From assembly GCA_036676985.1 (NCBI GenBank), contig JAKFBU010000051.1, positions 1 through 55,139 of the forward strand: 55,139 nt of DNA. Direction: 5' to 3'. Shown one piece after another: positions 27,507-37,089 of the stretch. A program made the position numbers and the translations under genes. Source of the DNA: Candidatus Sericytochromatia bacterium. Lineage in GTDB: Bacteria; Cyanobacteriota; Sericytochromatia; S15B-MN24; UBA4093. The notes below the pieces were generated by a model. It had not been told where the DNA came from. It was given only the letters and a program-made list of their open reading frames with translations, and did no database searches. Within the stretch, counting starts at the first letter, position 1. Every line of letters starts with the position of its first letter.

Positions 27507-27580
27507 GGCAGGCTGTTTCTCCGTTTCCACCCCATGTATGCCCGGTAGTGGCGGGTTTGCAACCGGGAGAAAAAGGAGGA

Positions 27581-27612
27581 CCCCCCCTGGCCCCCCCTCA
27601 AGAGGGGGGGAA
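27581..27612. repeat. C7-TGG-C7-TCAAGA-G7 REP-like element
   Basis: Same architecture as the element at 22627-22653; lies just 3' of the Omp85-like gene. Confidence 0.65.
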
Positions 27613-27652
27613 GGGCTGGGTGGGAAGGGGTTGAGCTGGGTGGCTTCGATTC

Positions 27653-30600
27653 TTAGAACGTGGTGCCGAAGCCCATGATGACCTGGGTGCCCGGAATGCC
27701 GGTGCCGCCAGGGGTCTCCGCCGGCGTTAGCAGGCCCTGCTCGACACCCAGGCGCAGCTCCGTCCGCAGGTAGCGGAACAGGTTGATCTGGGCGCGGGCC
27801 TCGGCCGAGACGCCCGCCAGGGTGTTGTTCGCCTGGAACGGCTTCACCGTCGAGAAGGGCGAGTCCCAGACGTTGCCGACATCGGCCCCGACCACCCCGT
27901 ACACGCGATCCACGTACAGGGGCAGGGTCCAGAGGCCCTTGCCGATCTCGAACAGCGGGAACCGGTACTCGGAGCTGAGCACTGCCAGCTTGTTGCCGAT
28001 GCCCGCCACGCCGTAGCCCTTGAACGCGAGCCGCGACTCCGTGAAGGAGGTGGCGGCCGTCAGGTCGATCTGGCTCAGGAAGTGGCGCGAGTCGTTGCCG
28101 CCTACCACGAAGTGGCCGCCGTTCTTGCTCCAGTTCAGTCCCGTCGCGCCGCGGAGCGCCAGCACGTGCTGCGAGGCCCAGGGCATGGGGATGTACTGGC
28201 GGTAATCCGCCCAGACGCGGTCGAAGTTGCCGTTGCCGCCGAGCATCGGCGAGGACTTCTCGTAGCCGATCGAGGCCAATGAGCCCTCGGGGCTGATGCC
28301 GTACGACCTCCGGAAGCTGTTGGCCCGCTGGTAGACCGCGTAGACGCTGTTGGTCTGTCCTTCGTCGGTGGCGAGCTCAAAGGAGGGGAACTTCACCGGC
28401 TTGCCCGTCGCCGGGTCGGTCGGCAAGTCGACCTTCTGCGACAGATCGAGCGTGCTCAGGGCGTAGTTCTGCGCATGCAGGGCCTTGAAGCCGACCTGGT
28501 AGCTGTCGCCGTTCACCCACTCGGCACCCAAGAGAGGCAGCGGAATGCCCGGGAAGCGGGCCGACACCTCGACCGACTGCTGGTCCTGCCACATGAGGCC
28601 CAGGGTCGATTGGCCGGTGCTGAGGGGAATGGGGTAGAAGTTGGTGGCCGGCGTCCGGAAGTACTGGGCCGTGAGGCTCGGCATCCACTGGTCGTTCTGG
28701 TAGTAGAGGCCGTAGATGGGCCGCTGCGAAAAGACTCCCATGCCGCCGATGGCGTAATACGTGTGCTGGCGCAGGATGTCCTGGCCGTAGGCCGACATGC
28801 CGAGCAGCATGCCCGACTCGTCCTGGGCGATCAGGGGCGAGTAGGTGTTCGGGATCATGCTGGGCCAGGGGCTGTAAGGCCGCGGTGCCGCCGACAGGGC
28901 GAAATCCATCTCCACCGGCGTCGCCTCGACGGCCTGGCGCGGCACGAACTCGCCCTTGAAGTTGCTCGAGTAGGCCTCACCCATCCCGACCGGCTTGAAC
29001 GTCGCCGGCTCGAAGGGCATGGAGTGCAGATCATAGCCCTTGCTCGTGTAGTTCAAGAAGGCGATCCGCTTGCCGTCCGGCGAGACGCGCGCATCGAAGG
29101 CGCCTCCCAGGACGTTGGTGAGGCGATAGAGCTTGCGATCGCTCAGGCGCAGCGCATAGAGGTTGAAGACCCCGCTGCGGTCCGAGGTGAAGGTCACGTA
29201 CTTGCCGTCCGGCGTGTAGGCCGGGTAGAAGTCGAGGGCATCCCCCGTCGTCAGCGGCTCGATCTTGCCCGTGGCGGGGTCGACCGTGACCAGGTTGTAG
29301 CGGCCCTTGCTCCAGCGCGAGACGACGAAGCGCTTGCCGTCCGGCGCCCAGGAGGGGTTGGCCCAGGTCTCCTCCAGAGTCGGCTCGGTGAGGCGCTTGA
29401 GCACCTTGCCCTCGGCATCCAGGAGCAGCAGGTGGTTGCTGCCCTTGGCGGTCGCGATGGCGACCAGCGACTGCCCGTCCGGCGAGAGCGCGGGCTCGAC
29501 GGCGCGCAGGCCATCGGTGAGCTGCTTGACTTCGCGGGTCTGAGAGTCGAAGCGGAAGAGGTCCGAATAGCTCTTGAAGCGGTTCTCGTCCTCACCCTCG
29601 GTCGAGTAGTAGAAGTAACGGCCATCGGCGCTTACCGAGTAGTCGCTCAGCGAATCCTTGCCGAAGAGGCGGGTGATCCCGTTCGGGGCGACCTTCACGA
29701 CGCCGGCCGACTTGCCCTTGTACGACTCGGTGACGCTGATGCCGCCGTCCGGCAGCCACCGCGGGTGGTGGTGGTGGCGCCCGGTCGTGGTCAGGGCGGT
29801 CGAGGACGTCAGGGGCTCCTTCTGGATCACGGCGGCCTGCTTCGCGTAGCGGACGTGGATCCAGCCCATCATCTCGTCCCAGAGGGAGTTACAGGTCTTG
29901 CCGGGCAGGACCTGAGAGACGGCGAAGTCGATGCCGAGCCAGGGCGTCTTGCCCAGCACGTTCAGGATCTTGGAGGGCTTGTCCTCGCCGTAGGTGTTGA
30001 TCAGGTAGTCGAAGAAGGCCGTGCCGTAGTCGTACTCGTTGCCGCCCGACGGCCAGTCGAGCAGGTAGGAGCCGTTGACCTGGTCGATGCTGAGCAGGCG
30101 CTTCTCGAGGGCCGCCATGCGCAGCTTCATGTCCAGGTCGCCTTCCTTGGCGCGACCGCCCGGCGTGAACTTGGACTCGGTGGTGACGGCCCAGCCCTCG
30201 GTGACGAAGCGCGGGCTATCGGAGAGCAGGTTGGGGATGTACTCCGTGACGTAGCTCGGCACGCCGGGGATGGCGAAGCGGCTGAAGAAGACCTTGCCCA
30301 GGATCGAGTTGAGCTCGTAGATGGCCCAGGGCGTCTCGTTCTGGTGCAGGATGTGGGTGTACTCGTGCAGGATGACGTACCGGATCCAGTCGTCGTAGCG
30401 CCCGATGGCGAAGCCCGAGTCGGGGCTGGGCGGGTGCAGGTTGAGCATGATCCGGTTGTGGGGGTAGTTGCTCGCGTTGGCGTTGGTGTCGTCGTACGTG
30501 TCGAAGCAGATGATCTCGGTCTTCTCGTAGGGCTTGACGCCCATGAACGGCGCGACCTTCTTGTGGGCGTCCTCGGCGTAGGCGAGTACCCGGCGACCCA

Positions 30601-30754
30601 GCTCCTCGAGCCCGTCGGGGTAGTTGACCCGGAAGTTCTCGCTCTCGATGGTCTGCCACTTGATGCCCGGTTCGAAGCTCGTGGCGGCCATGGCCGGAGC
30701 GCTCAGGGACAGCAGGCATGCAAGGGCGGCGACGCTTAAGAGCTTCTTCTTCAT
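27653..30754 (-). CDS. Outer-membrane protein: gluzincin-type metallopeptidase, PD40/TolB-like propeller and Omp85 (BamA-like) barrel
   Basis: Signal peptide MKKKLL...APAMA. HEYTH plus VTEGWA. Repeats PALSPDG, PSWAPDG, PAYTPDG, VSPDGK. ADYRQY, SEYRFPL and a C-terminal Phe. Confidence 0.85.
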   Translation of the reverse strand: MKKKLLSVAALACLLSLSAPAMAATSFEPGIKWQTIESENFRVNYPDGLEELGRRVLAYAEDAHKKVAPFMGVKPYEKTEIICFDTYDDTNANASNYPHNRIMLNLHPPSPDSGFAIGRYDDWIRYVILHEYTHILHQNETPWAIYELNSILGKVFFSRFAIPGVPSYVTEYIPNLLSDSPRFVTEGWAVTTESKFTPGGRAKEGDLDMKLRMAALEKRLLSIDQVNGSYLLDWPSGGNEYDYGTAFFDYLINTYGEDKPSKILNVLGKTPWLGIDFAVSQVLPGKTCNSLWDEMMGWIHVRYAKQAAVIQKEPLTSSTALTTTGRHHHHPRWLPDGGISVTESYKGKSAGVVKVAPNGITRLFGKDSLSDYSVSADGRYFYYSTEGEDENRFKSYSDLFRFDSQTREVKQLTDGLRAVEPALSPDGQSLVAIATAKGSNHLLLLDAEGKVLKRLTEPTLEETWANPSWAPDGKRFVVSRWSKGRYNLVTVDPATGKIEPLTTGDALDFYPAYTPDGKYVTFTSDRSGVFNLYALRLSDRKLYRLTNVLGGAFDARVSPDGKRIAFLNYTSKGYDLHSMPFEPATFKPVGMGEAYSSNFKGEFVPRQAVEATPVEMDFALSAAPRPYSPWPSMIPNTYSPLIAQDESGMLLGMSAYGQDILRQHTYYAIGGMGVFSQRPIYGLYYQNDQWMPSLTAQYFRTPATNFYPIPLSTGQSTLGLMWQDQQSVEVSARFPGIPLPLLGAEWVNGDSYQVGFKALHAQNYALSTLDLSQKVDLPTDPATGKPVKFPSFELATDEGQTNSVYAVYQRANSFRRSYGISPEGSLASIGYEKSSPMLGGNGNFDRVWADYRQYIPMPWASQHVLALRGATGLNWSKNGGHFVVGGNDSRHFLSQIDLTAATSFTESRLAFKGYGVAGIGNKLAVLSSEYRFPLFEIGKGLWTLPLYVDRVYGVVGADVGNVWDSPFSTVKPFQANNTLAGVSAEARAQINLFRYLRTELRLGVEQGLLTPAETPGGTGIPGTQVIMGFGTTF

Positions 30755-30776
30755 CGACTTCTCCACAGAACGCAAA

Positions 30777-30805
30777 TCCGGCCCCCGCCGGGGACGGGGG
30801 CCGGA
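30777..30805 (-). terminator. Hairpin between hemJ and the Omp85-like gene
   Basis: TCCGGCCCCCG-N7-CGGGGGCCGGA, followed by TTT on the minus strand. Confidence 0.6.
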
Positions 30806-30811
30806 ACCAAT

Positions 30812-30836
30812 ATGCCCGGATGGGGACGAAACAAAC
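30812..30836 (-). promoter_or_regulatory. SigB/SigF-type promoter (GTTT-N15-GGGCAT) for the Omp85-like gene
   Basis: Minus strand GTTT at 30836-30833 and GGGCAT at 30817-30812. Confidence 0.45.
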
Positions 30837-30858
30837 GTTTTCGAGCCGTCCCACCAAC

Positions 30859-31281
30859 TCAAAAGGGCCTGACGATGACCATGATGACGATGCCGATCAT
30901 CAGCAGGGTCGGGATCTCGTTCATGACCCGGAAGAATTTGTCGGTCTTGAAGCGCGGGTTGTCGATCAGCTTCTTGCGCCAGCTGGAGGCCATCCCGTGC
31001 ATGGCGAGCATGCCCACCACCAGCGTCAGCTTCACGTGCATCCAGGGCATCTTCAGGAGGACCGGGTTCATGGCGAGCATGGCGATGCCCGTGAGGAGCG
31101 AGACGACCATGGCGGGCGTGGTGATGGCCCGCAGAAGCCGTCGCTCCATGCCCTGGAGGCGCTCCATGACGACCGGCTCGGTCTCCATGGCGTGGTTGAC
31201 GTAGAGGCGAACGAGGTAGAGCATCCCCGCCATCCAGGAAATGATGGCGAGCACGTGCAGGGCTTTGATCCAGAGGTACAT
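30859..31281 (-). CDS. hemJ: Protoporphyrinogen IX oxidase HemJ
   Basis: WIKALHVLAIISWMAGMLYLVRLYVNH, MERRL, WMHVKL, FRVMNEIPT, VIVRPF. Confidence 0.93.
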   Translation of the reverse strand: MYLWIKALHVLAIISWMAGMLYLVRLYVNHAMETEPVVMERLQGMERRLLRAITTPAMVVSLLTGIAMLAMNPVLLKMPWMHVKLTLVVGMLAMHGMASSWRKKLIDNPRFKTDKFFRVMNEIPTLLMIGIVIMVIVRPF

Positions 31282-31305
31282 GGGGCGTTGATTCCTATGA
31301 AATGA

Positions 31306-31329
31306 GGCTCCTCCCTACCGGGAGGAGCC
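31306..31329 (-). terminator. Hairpin between hemN and hemJ
   Basis: GGCTCCTCCC-TACC-GGGAGGAGCC. Confidence 0.55.
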
Positions 31330-31334
31330 GCGGG

Positions 31335-32732
31335 CTAGACCGTCTTCGAGAAGCGGCGCTCGCCGGGGGCGGACTTGGCGAGGTAGGCGTCGAAGACCAT
31401 GCAGATGTTGCGCAAGAGGAGCTGACCGCGCGGCGTCACGACCAGGTGATCCGGATGGATCTCCAGGAGGCCGTCCTGTGCGAGCGGCTCGAGCTTGGGC
31501 AGCTCGGCGGCGAAGTAGGCGTCGAAGTCGATGCCGTGCAGGCGCTCGATCTCGGCCTTGTCCAGGTGCAGGTGGCAGATGATCCGGTTGATGACGTCCC
31601 GGCGCAGCCGGTCGTCGGCCGTGAGCACCATGCCGCGCGTCACGGGCAGGCCTTCCTGCTCCATGGCCGCCAGGTAGTCGGGCAGCTTGCGGGGGTTGGC
31701 GAGGTACGCCGAGTCCAGGTCGCCGATGCTCGACATCCCGAAGGCGTAGAGGTCGCTGTCCGCGCAGGTCGTGTAGCCCATGAAGTTGCGGCGCAGCGTG
31801 CGATCGGCCTGGGCGATCGAGAGCTCGTTGTCCGGCAGGGCGAAGTGGTCCATGCCGATGTAGTGATAGCCCTGCTGGATCATGCGATCGATGGCCAGCT
31901 CGAAGAGGGCGATCTTCTCGTCGGGTGTCGGGAGCGTCTCCTCCTTGATGAGGTTCTGGTGCGGCTTGAGCCAAGGCACGTGCGCGTAGTTGAAGAGCGC
32001 GATGCGATCGGGGCGCAGCGCCTGGATCTGGTCGAGGGTCTTGGAGAAGCGCTCGACGGTCTGGAACGGCAGGCCGTACATCAGGTCCGTGTTGACGCTG
32101 ATGAAGCCGAGCTCGCGCGCCTTGTCGATGATGCCCTTGGTCTGCTCGAAGGGCTGGATGCGGTTGACGGCCTTCTGGACCTCCTCGTCGAAGTCCTGCA
32201 CGCCCATGCTGACCCGGTTGAAGCCGAGCTTCGCGAGCGTCTCGAGCTGCTCGAAGGTGGTGACGGGCGGATGGATCTCGATGGAGACCTCCGCCTCGGG
32301 CGCCAGCGTGAAGCGGTCGGTGATGGCCGTGTAGAGGCGCGTGATCTGCTCGGAACTCAGGTAGGTCGGCGTGCCGCCTCCCCAGTGGATCTGGACCACC
32401 GGGCGGCGGGTGTCGATGACCTTTGAGTAGCGGTCGATCTCGGTGATGACGGCGTCCAGGTACCGCTCGACCAGGTCCTGCTGCTTGGTGACGAGCATAT
32501 TGCAGCCGCAGTACCAGCAGAGCTTGTGGCAGAACGGGACGTGCACGTAAAGCGACAGGCCCATGTCCGCGCGCGCGGCCTGGTTCTCCTGGATGACGAC
32601 GAGGGCTTCGGCTTGCGTGAAGTCCTCCCGGAACTCGGGAGCCGTCGGATAGCTCGTGTAGCGCGGGCCCGACGTGTTGTACTTGTCGAGGATCTCGCGC
32701 GGCAGGGTGTAGGGGTTAGACGAGTGCGCCAT
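31335..32732 (-). CDS. hemN: Oxygen-independent coproporphyrinogen III oxidase (radical SAM)
   Basis: GPRYTSYPTA, LYVHVPFCHKLCWYCGC, HWGGGTP, IGMDHFA, RNFMGY. Confidence 0.95.
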   Translation of the reverse strand: MAHSSNPYTLPREILDKYNTSGPRYTSYPTAPEFREDFTQAEALVVIQENQAARADMGLSLYVHVPFCHKLCWYCGCNMLVTKQQDLVERYLDAVITEIDRYSKVIDTRRPVVQIHWGGGTPTYLSSEQITRLYTAITDRFTLAPEAEVSIEIHPPVTTFEQLETLAKLGFNRVSMGVQDFDEEVQKAVNRIQPFEQTKGIIDKARELGFISVNTDLMYGLPFQTVERFSKTLDQIQALRPDRIALFNYAHVPWLKPHQNLIKEETLPTPDEKIALFELAIDRMIQQGYHYIGMDHFALPDNELSIAQADRTLRRNFMGYTTCADSDLYAFGMSSIGDLDSAYLANPRKLPDYLAAMEQEGLPVTRGMVLTADDRLRRDVINRIICHLHLDKAEIERLHGIDFDAYFAAELPKLEPLAQDGLLEIHPDHLVVTPRGQLLLRNICMVFDAYLAKSAPGERRFSKTV

Positions 32733-33759
32733 ACTTCAGTTCCTGTACCGCCTGGACGAAGGCCCGGGCATGATCGACCGGCACGTCCGGCAGGATGCCG
32801 TGGCCGAGGTTGAAGATGTGCGGCCGGTTGCCGACCTGCTTGAAGAGCCGCTGGACCTCGGCCCGGATGCTCTCGGGGCTACCGTAGAGGCGGGTGGGAT
32901 CCATGTTGCCCTGCAGCGTGACCTGGTCGCCGACCCGGGCGATCGCCTTGTCCAGGTCGATGCGCCAGTCGATGCCGACCACGTCCGCGCCGGAGCCCGC
33001 GAGCTCCTCGAGGACGCCGCCCGCGCCGTTCATGTAGAGGATGACGGGCTTGCCCATGTCCTTGACGCCCGCGATGATCTTCTTGGTGGCGGGCAGGGCG
33101 AAGGTGCGGTAGTCCTCGGGGGCGAGGTAGCCGCCCCACGACTCGAAGATCTGGACGATGTCCGCGCCCGAGTCCATCTGGTAGCGCAGGTAGTCGATGA
33201 GCACGTCCGCGAGCTTGTCCATGAGCTTGAGGAAGGCCGCGGGCTCCGTGTACATCATCCGCTTGATGTGGGTGTAGTTCTTGCTGCCGCCGCCCTCGAT
33301 CATGTAGGCCGCGAGCGTCCACGGGGCGCCGCAGAAGCCGATGAGCGGCTTGGCGGGATCCAGCTCCCGGCGGACCAGGCTGAGCGCCTCACCCAGGTAG
33401 GGGACGGTCTCGGCGGCCTTGATGGTCACGAGGCGATCGATGTCCGCGAGGGTGCGCACGGGGTTTTCCAGGTGGGGACCCTTGTCGTCGAAGACGACCT
33501 TCATGCCCATGGGCTCGAGCGGGATGAGGATGTCCGAGAAGATGATGGCCGCGTCCACGCCGATGCCGTGGATGGGCTGCATGGTGACCTCGGCGGCCAG
33601 GTCCGGCGTCTTGCAGAGCGACATGAAGTCGATCTTGGCGCGAATGGCGCGGAACTCGGGCATATAGCGGCCCGCCTGGCGCATGATCCAGACGGGAGGG
33701 CGATCGTTCGGCAGCTTGCGGGCAGCCCGGATCAGGCGGGAATCGGCGGCGTTGGTCAT
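32716..33759 (-). CDS. hemE: Uroporphyrinogen decarboxylase
   Basis: PVWIMRQAGRYMPE, DAAIIFSDIL, GFCGAPWTL, HIFNLGHGI. Confidence 0.96.
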   Translation of the reverse strand: MTNAADSRLIRAARKLPNDRPPVWIMRQAGRYMPEFRAIRAKIDFMSLCKTPDLAAEVTMQPIHGIGVDAAIIFSDILIPLEPMGMKVVFDDKGPHLENPVRTLADIDRLVTIKAAETVPYLGEALSLVRRELDPAKPLIGFCGAPWTLAAYMIEGGGSKNYTHIKRMMYTEPAAFLKLMDKLADVLIDYLRYQMDSGADIVQIFESWGGYLAPEDYRTFALPATKKIIAGVKDMGKPVILYMNGAGGVLEELAGSGADVVGIDWRIDLDKAIARVGDQVTLQGNMDPTRLYGSPESIRAEVQRLFKQVGNRPHIFNLGHGILPDVPVDHARAFVQAVQELKYGALV

Positions 33760-33910
33760 GGCTGGGTACGGTCCTCATCACGGAGTGCGCGTCGGAGCTC
33801 CGATGCGCGCAAAAAGGCGACTTTGAGCCAGTCTACCATGGCTCAAAGTCGCCGCCTACCGTAATGAATCCGTAACGCTCTGGGCTTCGTAGCAACTCCT
33901 GAGGCAGACC

Positions 33911-36079
33911 TTAACGCGGCTTCGCTACCTTCTTCCCCTTCGCCTTGGGCACGGTCATGGCGACGACCGCCTGCGGGTCGCCCACCGTCAGGAGTTTGGT
34001 AATGCGCGGCTGGGCCAGGTGCAGGAAGATGTTCTGCGAGTCCACGATCGCGCGCCCCTCGTCGGGCGTGCGGCGCACGTACGACCCGTCCGGCTGCATC
34101 ACGCGGGCCTGCGTGTTGTCGTGCAGGACCGTGTCGAGGATCTCGCGCTCGATGCGCTCCTTCAAGTACGGGTGCTCGATGGGGAACAGCACCTCCACCC
34201 GCCGATCCAGGTTGCGCGGGCGCCAGTCGGCGCTGCTCAGGTACATCTTCGACTCGCCGCCGTTGCCGAACAGGAAGATCCGGCTGTGCTCCAGGAAGCG
34301 CCCGACTACCGAGATCACGCGGATGTTGTCGCTGATCCCCGGCAGGCCCGGGCGCAGGCAGCACATGCCCCGGATGATGAGGTCGATCTGCACGCCCTGG
34401 CGGCTCGCGGCGTACAGCTCCTGGATGATGGCCGGATCCGTGAGCGCGTTCATCTTCGCGACGATGCGCCCGGGACTGCCCGGCTTGGTGAGCATGGCCT
34501 CGCGCCGGATCATCGAGACGACGGCCTCGCGCATCTCCGCCGGCGCCACGATGAGCTTGGAGTAGTCCTTGGGGTTCGAGTAGCCCGTCAGGTGGTTGAA
34601 GAGCTCCGAGGCGTCCTCGACGAGCTCCGGGTCGCAGCTGAAGTAGCCGAGGTCCGTGTACAGCTTGGCGGTGTTGGCGTTGTAGTTTCCGGTGCCCAGG
34701 TGGACGTACCGCCTCAGGCCGTCCGGCTCGCGCCGCACCACCATGGCGATCTTGGCATGGGTCTTGAGGCCCAAGAGGCCGTAACTGACGTGCACGCCCA
34801 CGCTCTCCAGCTTGCGCGCCCAGTAGATGTTCAGCTCCTCGTCGAAGCGCGCCTTGAGCTCGATGAGCACCGCGACCTGCTTGCCCTTCTCGGCCGCCCG
34901 GATGAGCGCGTCGACGATGGGGCTGTCGCCGCTGGTGCGATACAGCGTCATCTTGATGGCCAGGACGTTCGGGTCGTCGGCCGCCGTTGAGATGAAATGG
35001 TTGACCGGATCGAAGGACTCGAAAGGGTGATGCAGGAGCACGTCGCCCTGTCGGATGGCCGCGAAGACGTCCGCGGTGGGCGCGAGCTGCGGAGGCACCG
35101 AGGGGCTGAAGACGGGGTGCTTCAGTTCGGGCAGGTCCAGCTTCACGAGCGCCATGAGGTCCTTGGCCGCGAGCGGCCCGTCGACCTCGTACAGGTCGTC
35201 GGGGCCGGCCTCCAGCTCCTCGAGCAGGCGCTCGCGCAGCTCGGCGGGCATGGACCGCTGGACCTCCACGCGGGTGGTGTCGGCGAATCGCCGCTCACGC
35301 AGGCTCTGCTCGATGGAGAGCAAGAGGTCCTCGGCGTCCTCCTCCTCGATGTCGATGCCCGCGTCCAGGGTGACCCGGAAGGGATAGCACCCGAGCACGG
35401 CCACGCCCTTGAAGAGCTCGCCGATGTTGGCGGCGATGAGGTCCTCGAGCAGGACGTAGTGGTGCCCCCGGCCCACCTGGACCAGGCGGGGCAAGGAGGG
35501 CGGGATCTTCACGACCGCCCAGTTCTCCTCGTTGTCCGCCGTCAGCACCCGCACCGCCAAGTTGACGCTCAGGTTCGCGATGTACGGGAACGGGTGGCTG
35601 GGGTCGATGGCCAGCGGCGTGAGGACGGGGAACACGTCCTTGCGGAAGTAGGCGTCGAGCCGGTTGGCCTGGGTCGTGGTCAGCTCGTCGTAACCGAGCA
35701 CGGTCACGCCATGCTCGCGCAAGGCGGGCAGCACGTCCCGGGTCAGGCCGGTCGAGAAGCGGCCGAGGGTCGGCAGGAGCGCCTCGCGGATGGCCGCCAG
35801 CTGTTCGCCCGGCGTGCGGCCGTCGGGTGAGCGGGGCGGCAGGTCGGAGAGGATCTGGTCCTTGAGGATGGCCACACGGACCATGAAGAACTCGTCCAGG
35901 TTGGAGGCGAAGATGGCGAGGAACTTGAGGCGCTCCAGGAGGGGGTGGCGCTGATCCAGGGCCTCTTCGAGGACGCGCTGGTTGAACGCGAGCCAGCTCA
36001 GCTCTTTGTTGATGTAGAGGTCTCGCAGGCGCAGCACGGGGCGGGTCTTGCTGGTGCCTTTCGACTTGCGGGCGATCAT
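33911..36079 (-). CDS. ppk1: Polyphosphate kinase 1
   Basis: ELSWLAFNQRVL, SNLDEFFMVRVA, LLHHPFESF, KMTLYRT, ELKARFDE, LKTHAK, GRFLEHSR. Confidence 0.96.
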   Translation of the reverse strand: MIARKSKGTSKTRPVLRLRDLYINKELSWLAFNQRVLEEALDQRHPLLERLKFLAIFASNLDEFFMVRVAILKDQILSDLPPRSPDGRTPGEQLAAIREALLPTLGRFSTGLTRDVLPALREHGVTVLGYDELTTTQANRLDAYFRKDVFPVLTPLAIDPSHPFPYIANLSVNLAVRVLTADNEENWAVVKIPPSLPRLVQVGRGHHYVLLEDLIAANIGELFKGVAVLGCYPFRVTLDAGIDIEEEDAEDLLLSIEQSLRERRFADTTRVEVQRSMPAELRERLLEELEAGPDDLYEVDGPLAAKDLMALVKLDLPELKHPVFSPSVPPQLAPTADVFAAIRQGDVLLHHPFESFDPVNHFISTAADDPNVLAIKMTLYRTSGDSPIVDALIRAAEKGKQVAVLIELKARFDEELNIYWARKLESVGVHVSYGLLGLKTHAKIAMVVRREPDGLRRYVHLGTGNYNANTAKLYTDLGYFSCDPELVEDASELFNHLTGYSNPKDYSKLIVAPAEMREAVVSMIRREAMLTKPGSPGRIVAKMNALTDPAIIQELYAASRQGVQIDLIIRGMCCLRPGLPGISDNIRVISVVGRFLEHSRIFLFGNGGESKMYLSSADWRPRNLDRRVEVLFPIEHPYLKERIEREILDTVLHDNTQARVMQPDGSYVRRTPDEGRAIVDSQNIFLHLAQPRITKLLTVGDPQAVVAMTVPKAKGKKVAKPR

Positions 36080-36217
36080 CGGGGCCTCCTGTCCATGTTG
36101 GATCCTTCATACCCGCGAGTCCCGGCCCTCATAGCGTTCGGATCCCGAGGGACGGCTGGGACGGAGGGAGAGGCGGCGGGTATAAGGAGGCACGATCACC
36201 GTCGAAAGCGAGGAGCC

Positions 36218-36610
36218 ATGAACCAGTTTCCGCCCAACAGCATCGAGCAGGCCCAGGCCCTCTTCGGCGCGTTGACCAACGAGCCCACCCACCTGACCGA
36301 CTCGGCCGACGAGGTGCTCATGGCCCTCAATGGCGGCGCCAAGGACGTCCTGGTCGAGGTGCCGTGGGGTGAGGAGCGAGCCGGCGAGCTTCATGAGCGC
36401 CACCAGATCATCTTGACCCGCGCGGCCGCCGGCCGGGTCTTTTTCATCAATGCCTTGAAGTCCGGCCAGGCGCCCGGAACGTTGATCCAGGGCACAGGCA
36501 AAGGGCCCGAGCGTCGGCTCGAGCCCACTGGTGAGGAAAGCATGGAGCTGGAGCGCTTCGTCACGCTCTTCAAGAGCGGTGGAAAGGCGATGCTCCAGGA
36601 CAGGGCCTAG
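36218..36610 (+). CDS. Hypothetical protein (130 aa)
   Basis: ATG with GAGGAG RBS, GGGTAT element 34 nt upstream, typical codon usage; divergent from ppk1. Confidence 0.7.
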   Translation: MNQFPPNSIEQAQALFGALTNEPTHLTDSADEVLMALNGGAKDVLVEVPWGEERAGELHERHQIILTRAAAGRVFFINALKSGQAPGTLIQGTGKGPERRLEPTGEESMELERFVTLFKSGGKAMLQDRA

Positions 36611-36629
36611 GCTCTCGAAGCCGACCTCG

Positions 36630-36989
36630 TTACTGCTTGCCCTGGTCCTCCGTGCCGATCTCGTCCAGGTGATCCGAGATGACCTTCACGACCTCGACGG
36701 GGCTGTCGAAGCGCTCGGGCATCCGGTCGAAGATGACGCGCAGGTTGACGCTGCGTTCCTTGGACCACTGCACGTCCTCGTTCCCGATGTGATCGACCAC
36801 GTCCGCCTTGCTCGCAGGGAAGTCCAGCCCCTTTAGCCGCTCGGTCACGGCCGCCACCCCATAGGCCCCGTGCGTGCCCTTGTGAGCGCCCACGTACCCG
36901 CCGGTCTCATGGAGCGTCACCGTTCTTTCTTCAGGAGTCCCCTTGCGGAAGGTGACCTCTTTTTCCTGTCCCTTCTCACGTCCTGGCAT
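36630..36989 (-). CDS. DUF2795-like small protein
   Basis: LKGLDFPASKADVV...MPERFDSPVEV; GAGGAGG RBS. Confidence 0.7.
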   Translation of the reverse strand: MPGREKGQEKEVTFRKGTPEERTVTLHETGGYVGAHKGTHGAYGVAAVTERLKGLDFPASKADVVDHIGNEDVQWSKERSVNLRVIFDRMPERFDSPVEVVKVISDHLDEIGTEDQGKQ

Positions 36990-37089
36990 GTGAGCCTCCT
37001 CTCTGATGCGGTCCCCGGCCCATGTTAGCGGCGTGGTCCCCGCAACTCCTAGTGACGAGAAGGCCTTGCGGCGATCTTTGCGCCGGAGA

